Origin: Escherichia coli
GTDB lineage: Bacteria > Pseudomonadota > Gammaproteobacteria > Enterobacterales > Enterobacteriaceae
Assembly (NCBI RefSeq): GCF_050920415.1
Contig: NZ_CP169309.1
DNA: 64,000 bases
Reading direction: 5' to 3' (one strand)
Part shown: piece by piece, positions 27,681-39,062 of the stretch
Position numbering within the stretch: the first letter of the stretch is position 1
Layout: each line of letters opens with the position of its first letter
Position numbers and translations under genes: made by a program
Notes under the pieces: generated by a model
What the model saw: only the letters and a program-made list of their open reading frames with translations
Told to the model about the DNA's origin: nothing
The model's database searches: none

Positions 27681-27915
27681 TCTATACCTACTCCTTCCCG
27701 TAACGTCTTTAATACGCTGTAAGTATTACTATACCTGCGCAACCAGACCCTGTGAAAAGTCCAGAATGCCGTTTTCTGCATTATTCACATATTTGATAAA
27801 AACTCTCTATCAAAGCGACGTTTTGATAAAAAAATATTGTCCCCGAAGTGATGGGAAAAGTCTTAGCGGCAATGCAGAATAGAAAGTGCTCATCTTTTAT
27901 TTCCCGGGAGGGGAA

Positions 27916-29124
27916 ATGTCCCGCGTGTCGCAGGCGAGGAACCTGGGTAAATATTTCCTGCTCATCGATAATATGCTGGTCGTGCTGGGGTTCTTTGTTG
28001 TCTTCCCGCTGATCTCTATCCGCTTCGTTGATCAAATGGGCTGGGCCGCCGTCATGGTCGGTATTGCCCTTGGTCTACGTCAGTTTATTCAGCAAGGTCT
28101 GGGGATTTTCGGCGGCGCAATTGCCGACCGCTTTGGTGCCAAACCGATGATTGTCACCGGTATGCTGATGCGTGCCGCCGGATTCGCCACAATGGGTATC
28201 GCCCACGAACCGTGGCTACTGTGGTTTTCATGCCTGCTTTCGGGACTCGGCGGCACGTTGTTTGATCCTCCGCGTTCGGCGCTGGTGGTGAAACTAATCC
28301 GTCCACAACAGCGTGGTCGTTTTTTCTCGCTGTTAATGATGCAGGACAGTGCCGGTGCGGTCATTGGCGCATTGTTGGGGAGCTGGCTGTTGCAATACGA
28401 CTTTCGCCTGGTCTGCGCCACAGGGGCAGTTTTGTTTGTGCTGTGTGCAGCGTTCAATGCGTGGTTGTTACCGGCATGGAAACTCTCCACCGTACGCACG
28501 CCCGTTCGCGAAGGCATGACCCGCGTGATGCGCGACAAGCGTTTTGTCACCTATGTCCTGACGCTGGCGGGTTACTACATGCTGGCTGTACAAGTGATGC
28601 TGATGCTGCCAATTATGGTCAACGACGTCGCGGGCGCGCCGTCTGCCGTTAAATGGATGTATGCCATTGAGGCGTGTCTGTCGTTAACGTTGCTCTACCC
28701 TATCGCCCGCTGGAGTGAAAAACATTTTCGTCTGGAACACCGATTGATGGCTGGGCTATTAATAATGTCATTAAGCATGATGCCAGTGGGTATGGTCAGC
28801 GGCCTGCAACAACTTTTCACTCTGATTTGTCTGTTTTATATCGGGTCGATCATTGCTGAGCCTGCGCGTGAAACCTTAAGTGCTTCGCTGGCAGATGCAA
28901 GAGCACGCGGCAGCTATATGGGGTTTAGCCGTCTGGGTCTGGCGATTGGCGGCGCGATTGGTTATATCGGTGGTGGCTGGCTATTTGACTTGGGTAAATC
29001 AGCGCACCAACCAGAGCTTCCGTGGATGATGCTGGGCATTATTGGCATCTTCACTTTCCTTGCGCTGGGTTGGCAGTTTAGCCAGAAACGCACCGCGCGT
29101 CGTTTGCTGGAACGCGACGCCTGA
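27916..29124 (+). CDS. mdtH: MFS multidrug efflux transporter MdtH
   Basis: ORF 27886..29124; start chosen at ATG 27916 ([14 protein letters not shown]..., 402 aa) preceded by a GGGAGGGG Shine-Dalgarno; 12-TM MFS profile. Confidence 0.93.
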   Translation: MSRVSQARNLGKYFLLIDNMLVVLGFFVVFPLISIRFVDQMGWAAVMVGIALGLRQFIQQGLGIFGGAIADRFGAKPMIVTGMLMRAAGFATMGIAHEPWLLWFSCLLSGLGGTLFDPPRSALVVKLIRPQQRGRFFSLLMMQDSAGAVIGALLGSWLLQYDFRLVCATGAVLFVLCAAFNAWLLPAWKLSTVRTPVREGMTRVMRDKRFVTYVLTLAGYYMLAVQVMLMLPIMVNDVAGAPSAVKWMYAIEACLSLTLLYPIARWSEKHFRLEHRLMAGLLIMSLSMMPVGMVSGLQQLFTLICLFYIGSIIAEPARETLSASLADARARGSYMGFSRLGLAIGGAIGYIGGGWLFDLGKSAHQPELPWMMLGIIGIFTFLALGWQFSQKRTARRLLERDA

Positions 29125-29187
29125 TTTGATACTCCCCCCTGACTCCTCCATACTGAAAGTGAACTGACAGCCAAATGGAGGAGTCAC

Positions 29188-29835
29188 GTGAAGCTATACA
29201 TTTACGATCACTGCCCTTACTGCCTCAAAGCCCGCATGATTTTCGGCCTGAAAAATATCCCCGTCGAATTACATGTTCTGCTCAATGACGACGCAGAAAC
29301 ACCCACCCGGATGGTCGGTCAAAAACAGGTTCCCATTCTGCAAAAAGATGACAGCCGCTATATGCCAGAAAGCATGGACATCGTTCACTATGTCGATAAA
29401 CTCGACGGCAAACCGTTACTGACCGGCAAACGTTCACCTGCCATTGAAGAATGGCTGCGCAAGGTCAACGGCTACGCCAACAAACTGCTGTTACCGCGTT
29501 TTGCCAAATCGGCATTTGATGAGTTTTCTACTCCCGCCGCACGCAAATATTTTGTCGACAAGAAAGAAGCCAGCGCGGGTAATTTTGCCGACCTGCTGGC
29601 CCACTCTGACGGTCTGATTAAGAATATCAGCGATGATTTACGTGCGCTGGACAAACTTATCGTCAAACCGAACGCCGTGAATGGCGAACTTTCGGAAGAC
29701 GATATTCAGCTATTTCCGCTCCTGCGTAATCTGACGCTGGTAGCCGGAATCAACTGGCCAAGCCGCGTTGCTGATTACCGCGATAATATGGCGAAACAGA
29801 CACAAATCAATTTGTTATCATCAATGGCGATTTAA
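29188..29835 (+). CDS. grxB: Glutaredoxin 2
   Basis: 215-aa ORF with CPYC active site. Confidence 0.96.
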   Translation: MKLYIYDHCPYCLKARMIFGLKNIPVELHVLLNDDAETPTRMVGQKQVPILQKDDSRYMPESMDIVHYVDKLDGKPLLTGKRSPAIEEWLRKVNGYANKLLLPRFAKSAFDEFSTPAARKYFVDKKEASAGNFADLLAHSDGLIKNISDDLRALDKLIVKPNAVNGELSEDDIQLFPLLRNLTLVAGINWPSRVADYRDNMAKQTQINLLSSMAI

Positions 29836-29968
29836 TCCTGACCCGCCGCGGCAGCCTGTATTCGTGGGTTGCCGCCGTTTTCAGTTTTTTCTGCTGGCGA
29901 GTTTATCGCTGGTGACACATGCTGCGTTGTGTCAGGATATTGACGCAGATTTCATGTCGAGGACTACC

Positions 29969-30529
29969 ATGAACAAGTTTTTATTTGCCGCTGTATTGTT
30001 CGTCAGTGGCCTGCTCGTTGGCTGTAATCAACTCACCCAATACACCATCACCGAACAAGAAATTAACCAGTCGCTTGCGAAACATAATAATTTCTCAAAA
30101 GATATCGGTTTACCCGGCGTGGCTGACGCTCATATTGTTCTGACAAACCTGACCAGCCAAATTGGTCGCGAAGAGCCGAATAAGGTTACCCTAACCGGAG
30201 ACGCCAATCTGGACATGAACTCCCTGTTCGGTAGCCAGAAAGCGACCATGAAACTGAAGCTGAAAGCGCTGCCTGTGTTTGATAAAGAAAAAGGCGCGAT
30301 CTTCCTGAAAGAGATGGAAGTAGTCGATGCGACGGTACAACCGGAAAAAATGCAAACGGTGATGCAAACGTTGCTTCCCTATTTGAACCAGGCATTACGC
30401 AATTACTTTAACCAGCAACCTGCTTATGTCCTGCGCGAAGATGGCAGTAAGGGCGAAGCAATGGCGAAGAAACTGGCGAAAGGTATTGAAGTGAAGCCTG
30501 GTGAAATTGTCATTCCGTTTACTGATTAA
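29969..30529 (+). CDS. yceB: Lipoprotein YceB (DUF1439)
   Basis: ORF 29768..30529; start chosen at MNKFLFAAVLFVSGLLVGC (186 aa) with lipobox LVGC. Confidence 0.9.
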   Translation: MNKFLFAAVLFVSGLLVGCNQLTQYTITEQEINQSLAKHNNFSKDIGLPGVADAHIVLTNLTSQIGREEPNKVTLTGDANLDMNSLFGSQKATMKLKLKALPVFDKEKGAIFLKEMEVVDATVQPEKMQTVMQTLLPYLNQALRNYFNQQPAYVLREDGSKGEAMAKKLAKGIEVKPGEIVIPFTD

Positions 30530-30533
30530 TCAC

Positions 30534-30562
30534 GAGGGCGCATTTGCGCCCTTTATTTTTCG
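30534..30562 (+). terminator. yceB intrinsic terminator
   Basis: gggcgcatttgcgccc hairpin followed by TTTATTTTT. Confidence 0.75.
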
Positions 30563-30565
30563 TGC

Positions 30566-30583
30566 AAAGGAAAACGTTTCCGC
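30566..30583 (+). promoter_or_regulatory. PurR operator in the pyrC promoter
   Basis: aaggaaaacgtttccgc matches the PurR box core (AAACGTTT palindrome); PurR control of pyrC is established knowledge. Confidence 0.7.
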
Positions 30584-30593
30584 TTATCCTTTG

Positions 30594-30623
30594 TGTCCGG
30601 CAAAAACATCCCTTCAGCCGGAG
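30594..30623 (+). promoter_or_regulatory. pyrC leader hairpin sequestering the Shine-Dalgarno (pyrimidine-dependent translational control)
   Basis: tccggc (30596-30601) pairs with gccgga (30617-30622), overlapping the GGAG Shine-Dalgarno upstream of the ATG at 30635. Confidence 0.65.
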
Positions 30624-30634
30624 CATAGAGATTA

Positions 30635-31681
30635 ATGACTGCACCATCCCAGGTATTAAAGATCCGCCGCCCAGACGACTGGCACCTTCACCTCCGCGAT
30701 GGCGACATGTTAAAAACTGTCGTGCCTTATACCAGCGAAATTTATGGACGGGCTATCGTAATGCCCAATCTGGCTCCGCCCGTGACCACCGTTGAGGCTG
30801 CCGTGGCATATCGCCAGCGTATTCTCGACGCCGTACCTGCCGGGCACGATTTCACCCCGCTGATGACCTGTTATTTAACAGATTCGCTGGACCCTAATGA
30901 GCTGGAACGTGGATTTAACGAAGGCGTGTTCACCGCTGCAAAACTTTACCCCGCAAACGCAACCACTAACTCCAGCCACGGCGTGACGTCGGTTGATGCA
31001 ATCATGCCGGTACTTGAGCGCATGGAAAAAATCGGTATGCCGCTACTGGTGCATGGTGAAGTGACACATGCAGATATCGACATTTTTGATCGTGAGGCGC
31101 GCTTTATAGAAAGCGTAATGGAACCGCTTCGCCAGCGCCTGACCGCGCTGAAAGTCGTTTTTGAGCACATCACCACCAAAGAAGCTGCCGACTATGTCCG
31201 TGACGGAAATGAACGTCTGGCGGCCACCATCACTCCTCAGCATCTGATGTTTAACCGTAACCATATGCTGGTTGGTGGCGTGCATCCACACCTGTACTGT
31301 CTGCCAATACTCAAACGCAATATTCACCAACAGGCATTACGTGAACTGGTCGCCAGCGGTTTTAATCGTGTATTCCTCGGCACGGATTCTGCGCCGCATG
31401 CACGTCATCGCAAAGAAAGCAGTTGCGGCTGTGCGGGCTGCTTCAACGCACCTACTGCGCTGGGCAGTTACGCTACCGTCTTTGAAGAGATGAATGCTCT
31501 ACAGCACTTTGAAGCATTCTGTTCTGTAAACGGACCGCAGTTCTATGGTTTGCCGGTCAACGACACATTCATCGAACTGGTCCGCGAAGAACAGCAGGTT
31601 GCTGAAAGCATCGCATTGACTGATGACACACTGGTGCCATTCCTCGCCGGGGAAACGGTACGCTGGTCCGTTAAACAATAA
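30635..31681 (+). CDS. pyrC: Dihydroorotase
   Basis: 348-aa ORF with metal-binding HxH motif (DWHLHLRD). Confidence 0.97.
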   Translation: MTAPSQVLKIRRPDDWHLHLRDGDMLKTVVPYTSEIYGRAIVMPNLAPPVTTVEAAVAYRQRILDAVPAGHDFTPLMTCYLTDSLDPNELERGFNEGVFTAAKLYPANATTNSSHGVTSVDAIMPVLERMEKIGMPLLVHGEVTHADIDIFDREARFIESVMEPLRQRLTALKVVFEHITTKEAADYVRDGNERLAATITPQHLMFNRNHMLVGGVHPHLYCLPILKRNIHQQALRELVASGFNRVFLGTDSAPHARHRKESSCGCAGCFNAPTALGSYATVFEEMNALQHFEAFCSVNGPQFYGLPVNDTFIELVREEQQVAESIALTDDTLVPFLAGETVRWSVKQ

Positions 31682-31717
31682 AAATCGTAGCTTCCTGTTG
31701 TCATTAGGTTATTTTAA

Positions 31718-31733
31718 CTGTATAAATAACCAG
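31718..31733 (+). promoter_or_regulatory. LexA box (SOS operator) of dinI
   Basis: CTGTATAAATAACCAG fits CTG-N10-CAG, 22 nt upstream of the dinI ATG. Confidence 0.85.
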
Positions 31734-31754
31734 TATATTCAACAGGGGGCTATT

Positions 31755-32000
31755 ATGCGAATTGAAGTCACCATAGCGAAAACTTCTCCATTGCCAGCGG
31801 GGGCTATTGACGCCCTGGCTGGCGAACTTTCCCGCCGTATTCAGTATGCGTTTCCTGATAATGAAGGCCACGTATCGGTACGTTATGCCGCAGCGAATAA
31901 TTTATCGGTTATTGGCGCGACAAAAGAAGATAAACAGCGCATTAGCGAAATTCTCCAGGAAACGTGGGAAAGCGCCGATGACTGGTTTGTCAGCGAATAA
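31755..32000 (+). CDS. dinI: DNA damage-inducible protein I
   Basis: 81-aa ORF MRIEVTIAKTSPLPAGAIDALAGEL... inside ORF 31623..32000. Confidence 0.95.
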   Translation: MRIEVTIAKTSPLPAGAIDALAGELSRRIQYAFPDNEGHVSVRYAAANNLSVIGATKEDKQRISEILQETWESADDWFVSE

Positions 32001-32019
32001 TATGCAGTGATTTTTTTTT

Positions 32020-32046
32020 GCCGGGTCGCCCCGGCTTTTTTATTTT
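32020..32046 (+). terminator. dinI intrinsic terminator
   Basis: gccgggtcgccccggc hairpin followed by TTTTTTATTTT. Confidence 0.75.
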
Positions 32047-32287
32047 ACTTACGAATTTCGAGTACAAAATTTCTACACTTCCTCAAAATAATTGCACAAT
32101 ATGCTAAAAAAATATGAATGACATGCTGTTTTATTGTTCATATAAATCTTAAAAGCAAAAATTTATCTGTTCCCCCCTTTAAAAATTCGGTGAATACCCT
32201 TACTTATTGGTATACTGAAGTTGCTTCAGATAAAAACGCATTGAACCTCGAATAACGTTGTCTAGTAACACGAATTAGGGGGCCATG

Positions 32288-32542
32288 ATGGAAAAAAATA
32301 ATGAAGTCATTCAGACTCATCCGCTCGTAGGGTGGGACATCAGCACCGTTGATAGCTATGATGCGCTGATGTTGCGTTTGCATTACCAGACCCCAAATAA
32401 GTCCGAGCAGGAAGGGACTGAAGTTGGTCAGACGCTCTGGTTAACCACTGATGTTGCCAGACAATTTATTTCGATATTAGAAGCAGGAATCGCCAAAATT
32501 GAATCCGGTGATTTCCCGGTAAACGAGTATCGGCGTCATTAA
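32288..32542 (+). CDS. bssS: Biofilm regulator BssS
   Basis: 84-aa ORF MEKNNEVIQTHPLVGWDIST... Confidence 0.92.
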   Translation: MEKNNEVIQTHPLVGWDISTVDSYDALMLRLHYQTPNKSEQEGTEVGQTLWLTTDVARQFISILEAGIAKIESGDFPVNEYRRH

Positions 32543-32570
32543 CATGACATGACCATCCACCCAAAAGGCA

Positions 32571-32600
32571 CCTCACTGGTGCCTTTACCATTTCTGGGTT
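32571..32600 (+). terminator. bssS intrinsic terminator
   Basis: ggcacc-tcact-ggtgcc hairpin followed by a T-rich tract. Confidence 0.6.
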
Positions 32601-32656
32601 GTATATCTGCATTCAGTTAATTACTCTGCTTAAACCATGAGAGCAGAGAGAAAAAA

Positions 32657-33775
32657 ATGAAATACGATCTCATCATTATTGGCAGCGGTTCCGTAGGCGC
32701 TGCCGCCGGGTATTATGCAACCCGTGCCGGTTTAAACGTGCTAATGACCGACGCCCATATGCCACCGCATCAACACGGCAGCCACCACGGCGATACGCGA
32801 TTAATTCGCCATGCTTATGGTGAAGGCGAAAAGTATGTCCCGCTGGTCCTCCGCGCGCAAACGCTGTGGGATGAACTCTCCCGCCACAACGAAGAAGATC
32901 CCATTTTTGTACGCTCTGGCGTCATTAACCTTGGCCCGGCTGATTCCACATTTCTCGCCAACGTCGCCCACAGCGCCGAACAGTGGCAACTCAACGTTGA
33001 AAAGCTCGATGCGCAAGGGATTATGGCCCGCTGGCCGGAAATACGCGTCCCGGACAACTACATCGGCTTATTTGAGACTGATTCCGGCTTTTTACGCAGC
33101 GAACTGGCGATTAAAACCTGGATCCAACTGGCGAAGGAAGCGGGTTGTGCGCAGTTGTTCAACTGCCCGGTCACCGCAATTCGTCATGACGATGATGGCG
33201 TAACTATTGAAACCGCTGACGGTGAGTATCAGGCGAAAAAAGCGATCGTCTGCGCGGGAACATGGGTAAAAGATCTGCTCCCGGAACTGCCTGTCCAGCC
33301 CGTACGCAAAGTATTTGCCTGGTATCAGGCCGATGGTCGCTATAGCGTGAAGAATAAATTCCCGGCGTTTACCGGTGAACTGCTCAATGGCGATCAATAT
33401 TATGGTTTTCCGGCAGAAAACGACGCGTTGAAGATTGGCAAACATAACGGAGGCCAGGTTATCCATTCAGCGGATGAACGTGTTCCGTTTGCGGAAGTGG
33501 CCAGTGATGGGTCAGAAGCCTTCCCGTTCTTGCGCAATGTATTGCCGGGTATCGGTTGCTGCCTGTACGGCGCTGCCTGCACCTATGATAATTCGCCTGA
33601 CGAAGATTTTATTATCGATACTCTACCCGGCCACGATAATACACTGCTCATTACCGGCCTGAGCGGGCACGGTTTTAAATTTGCGTCAGTTTTAGGGGAA
33701 ATAGCTGCCGATTTTGCGCAAGACAAAAAAAGCGATTTTGATTTGACGCCATTCAGGCTTTCCCGCTTCCAATAA
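32657..33775 (+). CDS. solA: N-methyl-L-tryptophan oxidase
   Basis: 372-aa ORF with FAD-binding GSGSVG motif. Confidence 0.96.
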
Positions 33776-33783
33776 TCATCATT

Positions 33784-33809
33784 ACGGCCTCCAGAATGAG
33801 GCCGTTTTT
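33784..33809 (+). terminator. solA intrinsic terminator
   Basis: cggcctc-cagaatg-aggccg hairpin followed by TTTTT. Confidence 0.7.
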
Positions 33810-33936
33810 ACAGGAGTATTTAATGCGTCGGCTGTTGCACTATCTCATCAATAATATTCGCGAGCATCTGATGCTTTATCTTTTTCTCTGGGGTCTGTTG
33901 GCAATTATGGACCTGATCTACGTGTTTTATTTTTAG
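33796..33936 (+). CDS. yceO: Small membrane protein YceO
   Basis: 46-aa reading from ATG 33796 ([46 protein letters not shown]); this start lies inside the solA terminator, and ATG 33823 with an AGGAG Shine-Dalgarno (37 aa) is an alternative. Confidence 0.6.
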
Positions 33937-34197
33937 TTTTTCCGCACTGACATAAACTGACAAATATTTAATCTCCCTTTCATTTAGCGTGAAAAATTGA
34001 ATGAGATTCTTCCTGCCTCTACAGCACTCACCAGACCTTCCAGATGCTGAACCCACTAAACTTATGAAGATTCTTTCATTATTAATTCAAAATTATTGAA
34101 ATAAAAATAAATATCATTCAATTTGTTATTTTTGTGTTGCAATTCATTCTCCGACACGCCATTTTCTTTCTCTCGCAAATTCGTTTTGGATGCACTT

Positions 34198-34764
34198 ATG
34201 TCATTCACAAATACCCCTGAACGCTATGGTGTTATATCTGCGGCCTTACATTGGCTAAGCGCAATTATTGTCTATGGCATGTTTGCTTTAGGTCTGTGGA
34301 TGGTCACGCTCAGCTATTACGATGGCTGGTACCACAAAGCACCCGAATTGCATAAAAGCATCGGCATTTTGTTAATGATGGGGCTGGTTATTCGCGTTCT
34401 TTGGCGCTTCATATCTCCACCGCCGGGTCCGCTGCAAAGTTATTCGCCCATGACTCGTGTTGGCGCAAAGGCAGGACATCTTGCATTGTACCTATTGCTG
34501 TTCGCCATCGGCATCAGCGGCTATCTGATCTCCACTGCCGATGGTAAACCGATCAGCGTTTTTGGCTGGTTTGACGTCCCCGCGACCCTCGCCGACGCTG
34601 GCGCACAGGCTGACTTTGCCGGTGCCCTGCATTTTTGGCTCGCGTGGAGCGTCGTAGTACTGTCCGTTATGCACGGATTTATGGCCCTGAAGCATCATTT
34701 CATCGATAAAGACGACACTCTGAAGCGCATGCTGGGAAAGTCGTCATCTGACTATGGAGTATAA
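34198..34764 (+). CDS. yceJ: Cytochrome b561 family protein YceJ
   Basis: ORF 34123..34764; start chosen at MSFTNTPERYGVISAALHW (188 aa). Confidence 0.9.
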   Translation: MSFTNTPERYGVISAALHWLSAIIVYGMFALGLWMVTLSYYDGWYHKAPELHKSIGILLMMGLVIRVLWRFISPPPGPLQSYSPMTRVGAKAGHLALYLLLFAIGISGYLISTADGKPISVFGWFDVPATLADAGAQADFAGALHFWLAWSVVVLSVMHGFMALKHHFIDKDDTLKRMLGKSSSDYGV

Positions 34765-34767
34765 AAA

Positions 34768-35343
34768 ATGAAAAAAAGCCTGCTTGGTTTAACCTTCGCT
34801 TCCTTGATGTTCTCTGCGGGTTCAGCGGTTGCCGCCGATTACAAAATTGACAAAGAAGGTCAGCACGCCTTTGTTAACTTCCGCATCCAGCATCTTGGCT
34901 ATAGCTGGTTATATGGCACCTTTAAAGATTTCGACGGTACTTTTACCTTTGATGAAAAAAATCCAGCTGCCGATAAAGTGAATGTGACAATTAACACCAC
35001 CAGCGTCGATACTAATCACGCCGAACGCGATAAACATCTTCGCAGTGCAGATTTCCTCAATACCGCAAAATATCCACAGGCAACATTCACCTCCACTAGC
35101 GTAAAGAAAGACGGTGATGAGCTGGATATTACCGGCGATCTGACGCTGAACGGGGTCACCAAACCCGTCACGCTGGAAGCGAAATTAATTGGTCAGGGCG
35201 ACGACCCGTGGGGCGGTAAACGTGCAGGCTTTGAGGCCGAAGGCAAAATTAAGCTCAAAGACTTCAATATCAAGACAGATTTAGGTCCAGCTTCTCAGGA
35301 AGTGGATCTGATTATTTCAGTGGAAGGCGTACAGCAGAAGTAA
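34768..35343 (+). CDS. yceI: Periplasmic polyisoprenoid-binding protein YceI
   Basis: 191-aa ORF with signal peptide. Confidence 0.94.
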
Positions 35344-35353
35344 GCGTGAAATG

Positions 35354-35378
35354 TTGCCGGATGACACGCATCCGGCAA
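35354..35378. terminator. REP-like palindrome / bidirectional terminator between convergent yceI and yceA
   Basis: ttgccggatg-acac-gcatccggcaa hairpin. Confidence 0.6.
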
Positions 35379-35384
35379 TGATAT

Positions 35385-36437
35385 TTATTCTGTTGGATCA
35401 GGAATGCCCAGTGTTGTATTCAGACGTCCACGAGACTTATTAAAGATCTTATTGCCATTTTCACGTCCTGCCCGACGGCGTCGCTGTTCTTCTGGCGGTA
35501 ACGCGCTTTCTTCGCAGCAAATCTCACTACAACAACCTTTGTATTTTTCTGCACATACTGGACACTGAATAAACAGCAGGTGGCAGCCATCATTTTTACA
35601 GTTGGTATGGCTGTCGCACGGCGCACCGCACTGGTGGCAATGCGCGATAATCTCATCAGAGATACGTTCGCCCATCCGCTCGTCAAACACAAAATTTTTG
35701 CCAATAAAACGCACTGGTAAGCCCTGCTCGCGCGCCTTACGGGCGTATTCAATAATTCCGCCTTCGATATGCCAGACTTTATTGAATCCGTTATGTTTCA
35801 TCCAGGCACTGGCCTTTTCACAACGAATGCCGCCGGTGCAGTACATAATGATTTTTTTATCTTTATGTTCCTGCATCATCTCGACTGCTTTTGGCAGCTG
35901 CTCACGGAAGGTATCTGCCGGAATTTCCAGCGCGTTTTCAAAGTGCCCCACTTCATACTCATAGTGGTTACGCATGTCGATAAACAGTGCATCGGGATCG
36001 TCAAGCATGGCGTTCACTTCTGCCGCTTGCAGATACTCACCAACATTACTGGCATCGAAGTGAGGATCGTCAATACCGTCGGCTACGATGCGATCGCGCA
36101 CCTTCATGCGCAGTACCCAGAAGGATTTCCCGTCATCATCCAACGCGATATTCAGGCGTAAGCCATCTAAAGCCGGGTCGAAGCCGTATAGCTGTGCGCG
36201 AAATGTTTCAACATTGCTCGCAGGTACACTGATTTGCGCGTTAATCCCCTCATGCGCCAGATACACTCGCCCAAAAATATTCAGCGCAGTAAACAGCTGA
36301 TATAAAGCGTCACGGGTCGCTTTCGGATCGGCGATGTGGAAATACTTATAAAACGAAATGGTGGTGCGCGGTTCGCGCTCAGCCAACATTTTGGCTTTCA
36401 GCGCGTCGTTGGAAATGCGGTTGTGTAACACTGGCAT
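35385..36437 (-). CDS. yceA: tRNA uridine(34) hydroxylase (rhodanese-domain protein YceA/TrhO)
   Basis: ORF 35385..36491; start chosen at [16 protein letters not shown] (350 aa); rhodanese CxGGxR motif (CTGGIRC). Confidence 0.9.
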   Translation of the reverse strand: MPVLHNRISNDALKAKMLAEREPRTTISFYKYFHIADPKATRDALYQLFTALNIFGRVYLAHEGINAQISVPASNVETFRAQLYGFDPALDGLRLNIALDDDGKSFWVLRMKVRDRIVADGIDDPHFDASNVGEYLQAAEVNAMLDDPDALFIDMRNHYEYEVGHFENALEIPADTFREQLPKAVEMMQEHKDKKIIMYCTGGIRCEKASAWMKHNGFNKVWHIEGGIIEYARKAREQGLPVRFIGKNFVFDERMGERISDEIIAHCHQCGAPCDSHTNCKNDGCHLLFIQCPVCAEKYKGCCSEICCEESALPPEEQRRRRAGRENGNKIFNKSRGRLNTTLGIPDPTE

Positions 36438-36661
36438 GGTGTACGGTTCCTGCGAGATGGGAAAGTAAAAATCCGCGGCATGATATAGCAATTATCGATA
36501 ATTAACATCCACACATTTTACGCTACATTTGCGCATTAAAAATTATTTATTATTTACAAGCGCGGTAATTTCGCCCAGTCTTCAGCCACAAATTTTGGTT
36601 GCGGGCGAAAAAATGCGACAATACATACAATTGCCCGAATAGGTTGAAAAACAGGATTGAT

Positions 36662-37582
36662 ATGACGAATCTACCCAAGTTCTCCACCGCACTGCTTCAT
36701 CCGCGTTATTGGTTAACCTGGCTGGGTATTGGCGTACTTTGGTTAGTCGTGCAATTGCCCTACCCGGTTATCTACCGCCTCGGTTGTGGATTAGGAAAAC
36801 TGGCGTTACGTTTTATGAAACGACGCGCAAAAATTGTGCATCGCAACCTGGAACTGTGCTTCCCGGAAATGAGCGAACAAGAACGCCGTGAAATGGTGGT
36901 GAAGAATTTCGAATCTGTTGGTATGGGGCTGATGGAAACCGGCATGGCGTGGTTCTGGCCGGACCGCCGAATCGCCCGCTGGACGGAAGTGATCGGCATG
37001 GAACACATTCGTGACGTGCAGGCGCAAAAACGCGGCATCCTGTTAGTTGGCATCCATTTTCTGACCCTGGAGCTGGGTGCGCGGCAATTTGGTATGCAGG
37101 AACCCGGGATTGGCGTTTACCGCCCGAACGATAACCCACTGATTGACTGGCTACAAACCTGGGGCCGTTTGCGCTCAAATAAATCGATGCTCGACCGCAA
37201 AGATTTAAAAGGCATGATTAAAGCCCTGAAAAAAGGCGAAGTGGTTTGGTACGCACCGGATCATGATTACGGCCCGCGCTCAAGCGTTTTTGTCCCGTTA
37301 TTTGCCGTTGAGCAGGCGGCGACCACGACCGGAACCTGGATGCTGGCACGGATGTCCGGCGCATGTCTGGTGCCCTTCGTTCCACGCCGTAAGCCAGATG
37401 GCAAAGGGTATCAGTTGATCATGCTGCCGCCCGAGTGTTCTCCGCCGCTGGATGATGCCGAAACCACCGCCGCGTGGATGAACAAAGTGGTCGAAAAATG
37501 CATCATGATGGCACCAGAGCAGTATATGTGGTTACACCGTCGCTTTAAAACACGTCCGGAAGGCGTTCCTTCACGCTATTAA
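36662..37582 (+). CDS. lpxL: Lipid A biosynthesis lauroyltransferase
   Basis: ORF 36599..37582; start chosen at [17 protein letters not shown] (306 aa). Confidence 0.94.
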   Translation: MTNLPKFSTALLHPRYWLTWLGIGVLWLVVQLPYPVIYRLGCGLGKLALRFMKRRAKIVHRNLELCFPEMSEQERREMVVKNFESVGMGLMETGMAWFWPDRRIARWTEVIGMEHIRDVQAQKRGILLVGIHFLTLELGARQFGMQEPGIGVYRPNDNPLIDWLQTWGRLRSNKSMLDRKDLKGMIKALKKGEVVWYAPDHDYGPRSSVFVPLFAVEQAATTTGTWMLARMSGACLVPFVPRRKPDGKGYQLIMLPPECSPPLDDAETTAAWMNKVVEKCIMMAPEQYMWLHRRFKTRPEGVPSRY

Positions 37583-37589
37583 ATCTCCC

Positions 37590-37620
37590 ATGCCGGATGC
37601 TTCAAAATGGCATCCGGCAT
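37590..37620 (+). terminator. lpxL terminator / REP-like hairpin
   Basis: atgccggatgc-ttcaaaatg-gcatccggcat palindrome directly after the lpxL stop. Confidence 0.6.
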
Positions 37621-37753
37621 TACCACAGCAAATCCCCCTGATTTAGCGATAAAAGCTCTCTGGATTGCGCCCCCTGGAAGTCGGGCGCATAATTAGTGTG
37701 CTTATCTTTTCTTCTTATGTTCACCGCGCCTGGCGCACCAACAGCGGATTGCT

Positions 37754-38980
37754 ATGTCACCCTGTGAAAATGACACCCCTATAAACTGGAAACGAAACCT
37801 GATCGTCGCCTGGCTAGGCTGTTTTCTTACCGGTGCCGCCTTCAGCCTGGTAATGCCCTTCTTACCCCTCTACGTTGAGCAGCTTGGCGTTACCGGCCAC
37901 TCCGCCTTGAATATGTGGTCCGGTATTGTCTTCAGCATTACATTTTTATTTTCTGCCATCGCCTCACCGTTTTGGGGTGGGCTTGCCGACCGTAAAGGCC
38001 GAAAACTCATGCTATTACGCTCTGCCCTCGGCATGGGCATCGTGATGGTGTTGATGGGGCTGGCACAAAATATCTGGCAGTTTTTGATCCTGCGGGCGCT
38101 GCTTGGTTTGCTTGGCGGATTTGTTCCCAACGCTAACGCACTGATCGCCACACAAGTACCGCGTAATAAAAGCGGCTGGGCGCTGGGTACGCTCTCCACA
38201 GGCGGCGTTAGCGGCGCGTTGCTCGGCCCAATGGCTGGTGGTTTGCTTGCCGATAGCTACGGCTTACGTCCGGTATTCTTTATTACCGCCAGTGTGCTGA
38301 TACTTTGCTTTTTCGTCACCCTGTTTTGCATCCGAGAAAAATTCCAGCCAGTCAGCAAAAAAGAGATGCTGCATATGCGGGAAGTGGTGACATCACTTAA
38401 AAACCCGAAACTGGTACTCAGCCTGTTTGTCACCACGTTAATCATCCAGGTGGCGACGGGTTCAATTGCCCCTATTCTGACGCTGTATGTCCGCGAACTG
38501 GCGGGTAACGTCAGTAATGTCGCCTTTATCAGCGGCATGATCGCCTCGGTGCCAGGCGTGGCTGCTCTGCTGAGTGCACCACGACTCGGCAAACTTGGCG
38601 ATCGAATCGGCCCCGAAAAGATCCTGATTACGGCGCTGATCTTTTCTGTACTGCTGTTGATCCCAATGTCTTATGTTCAGACGCCATTGCAACTTGGGAT
38701 TTTACGTTTTTTGCTCGGTGCCGCGGATGGTGCACTACTCCCCGCCGTACAGACACTGTTGGTTTACAACTCGAGCAACCAAATCGCCGGGCGTATCTTC
38801 AGCTATAACCAATCGTTTCGTGATATTGGCAACGTTACCGGACCATTGATGGGAGCAGCGATTTCAGCGAACTACGGTTTCAGAGCGGTATTCCTCGTCA
38901 CCGCTGGCGTAGTGTTATTCAACGCCGTCTATTCATGGAACAGTCTGCGCCGTCGTCGGATACCCCAGGTATCGAACTGA
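37754..38980 (+). CDS. mdtG: MFS multidrug efflux transporter MdtG
   Basis: 408-aa ORF recognised as MdtG. Confidence 0.95.
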
Positions 38981-39062
38981 TTTTTCGCCTTTCATACTTG
39001 CAAAAGCGGAGAATCAGCTATCCTTTTCCCTGAAACCTCATCAACTCAAAGGGAGAATCGTG

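Noticed and set aside
33820-34056. 78-aa minus-strand ORF between yceO and yceJ
   Set aside because: Overlaps yceO on the opposite strand and the AT-rich yceJ promoter region; no Shine-Dalgarno and no recognisable domain.
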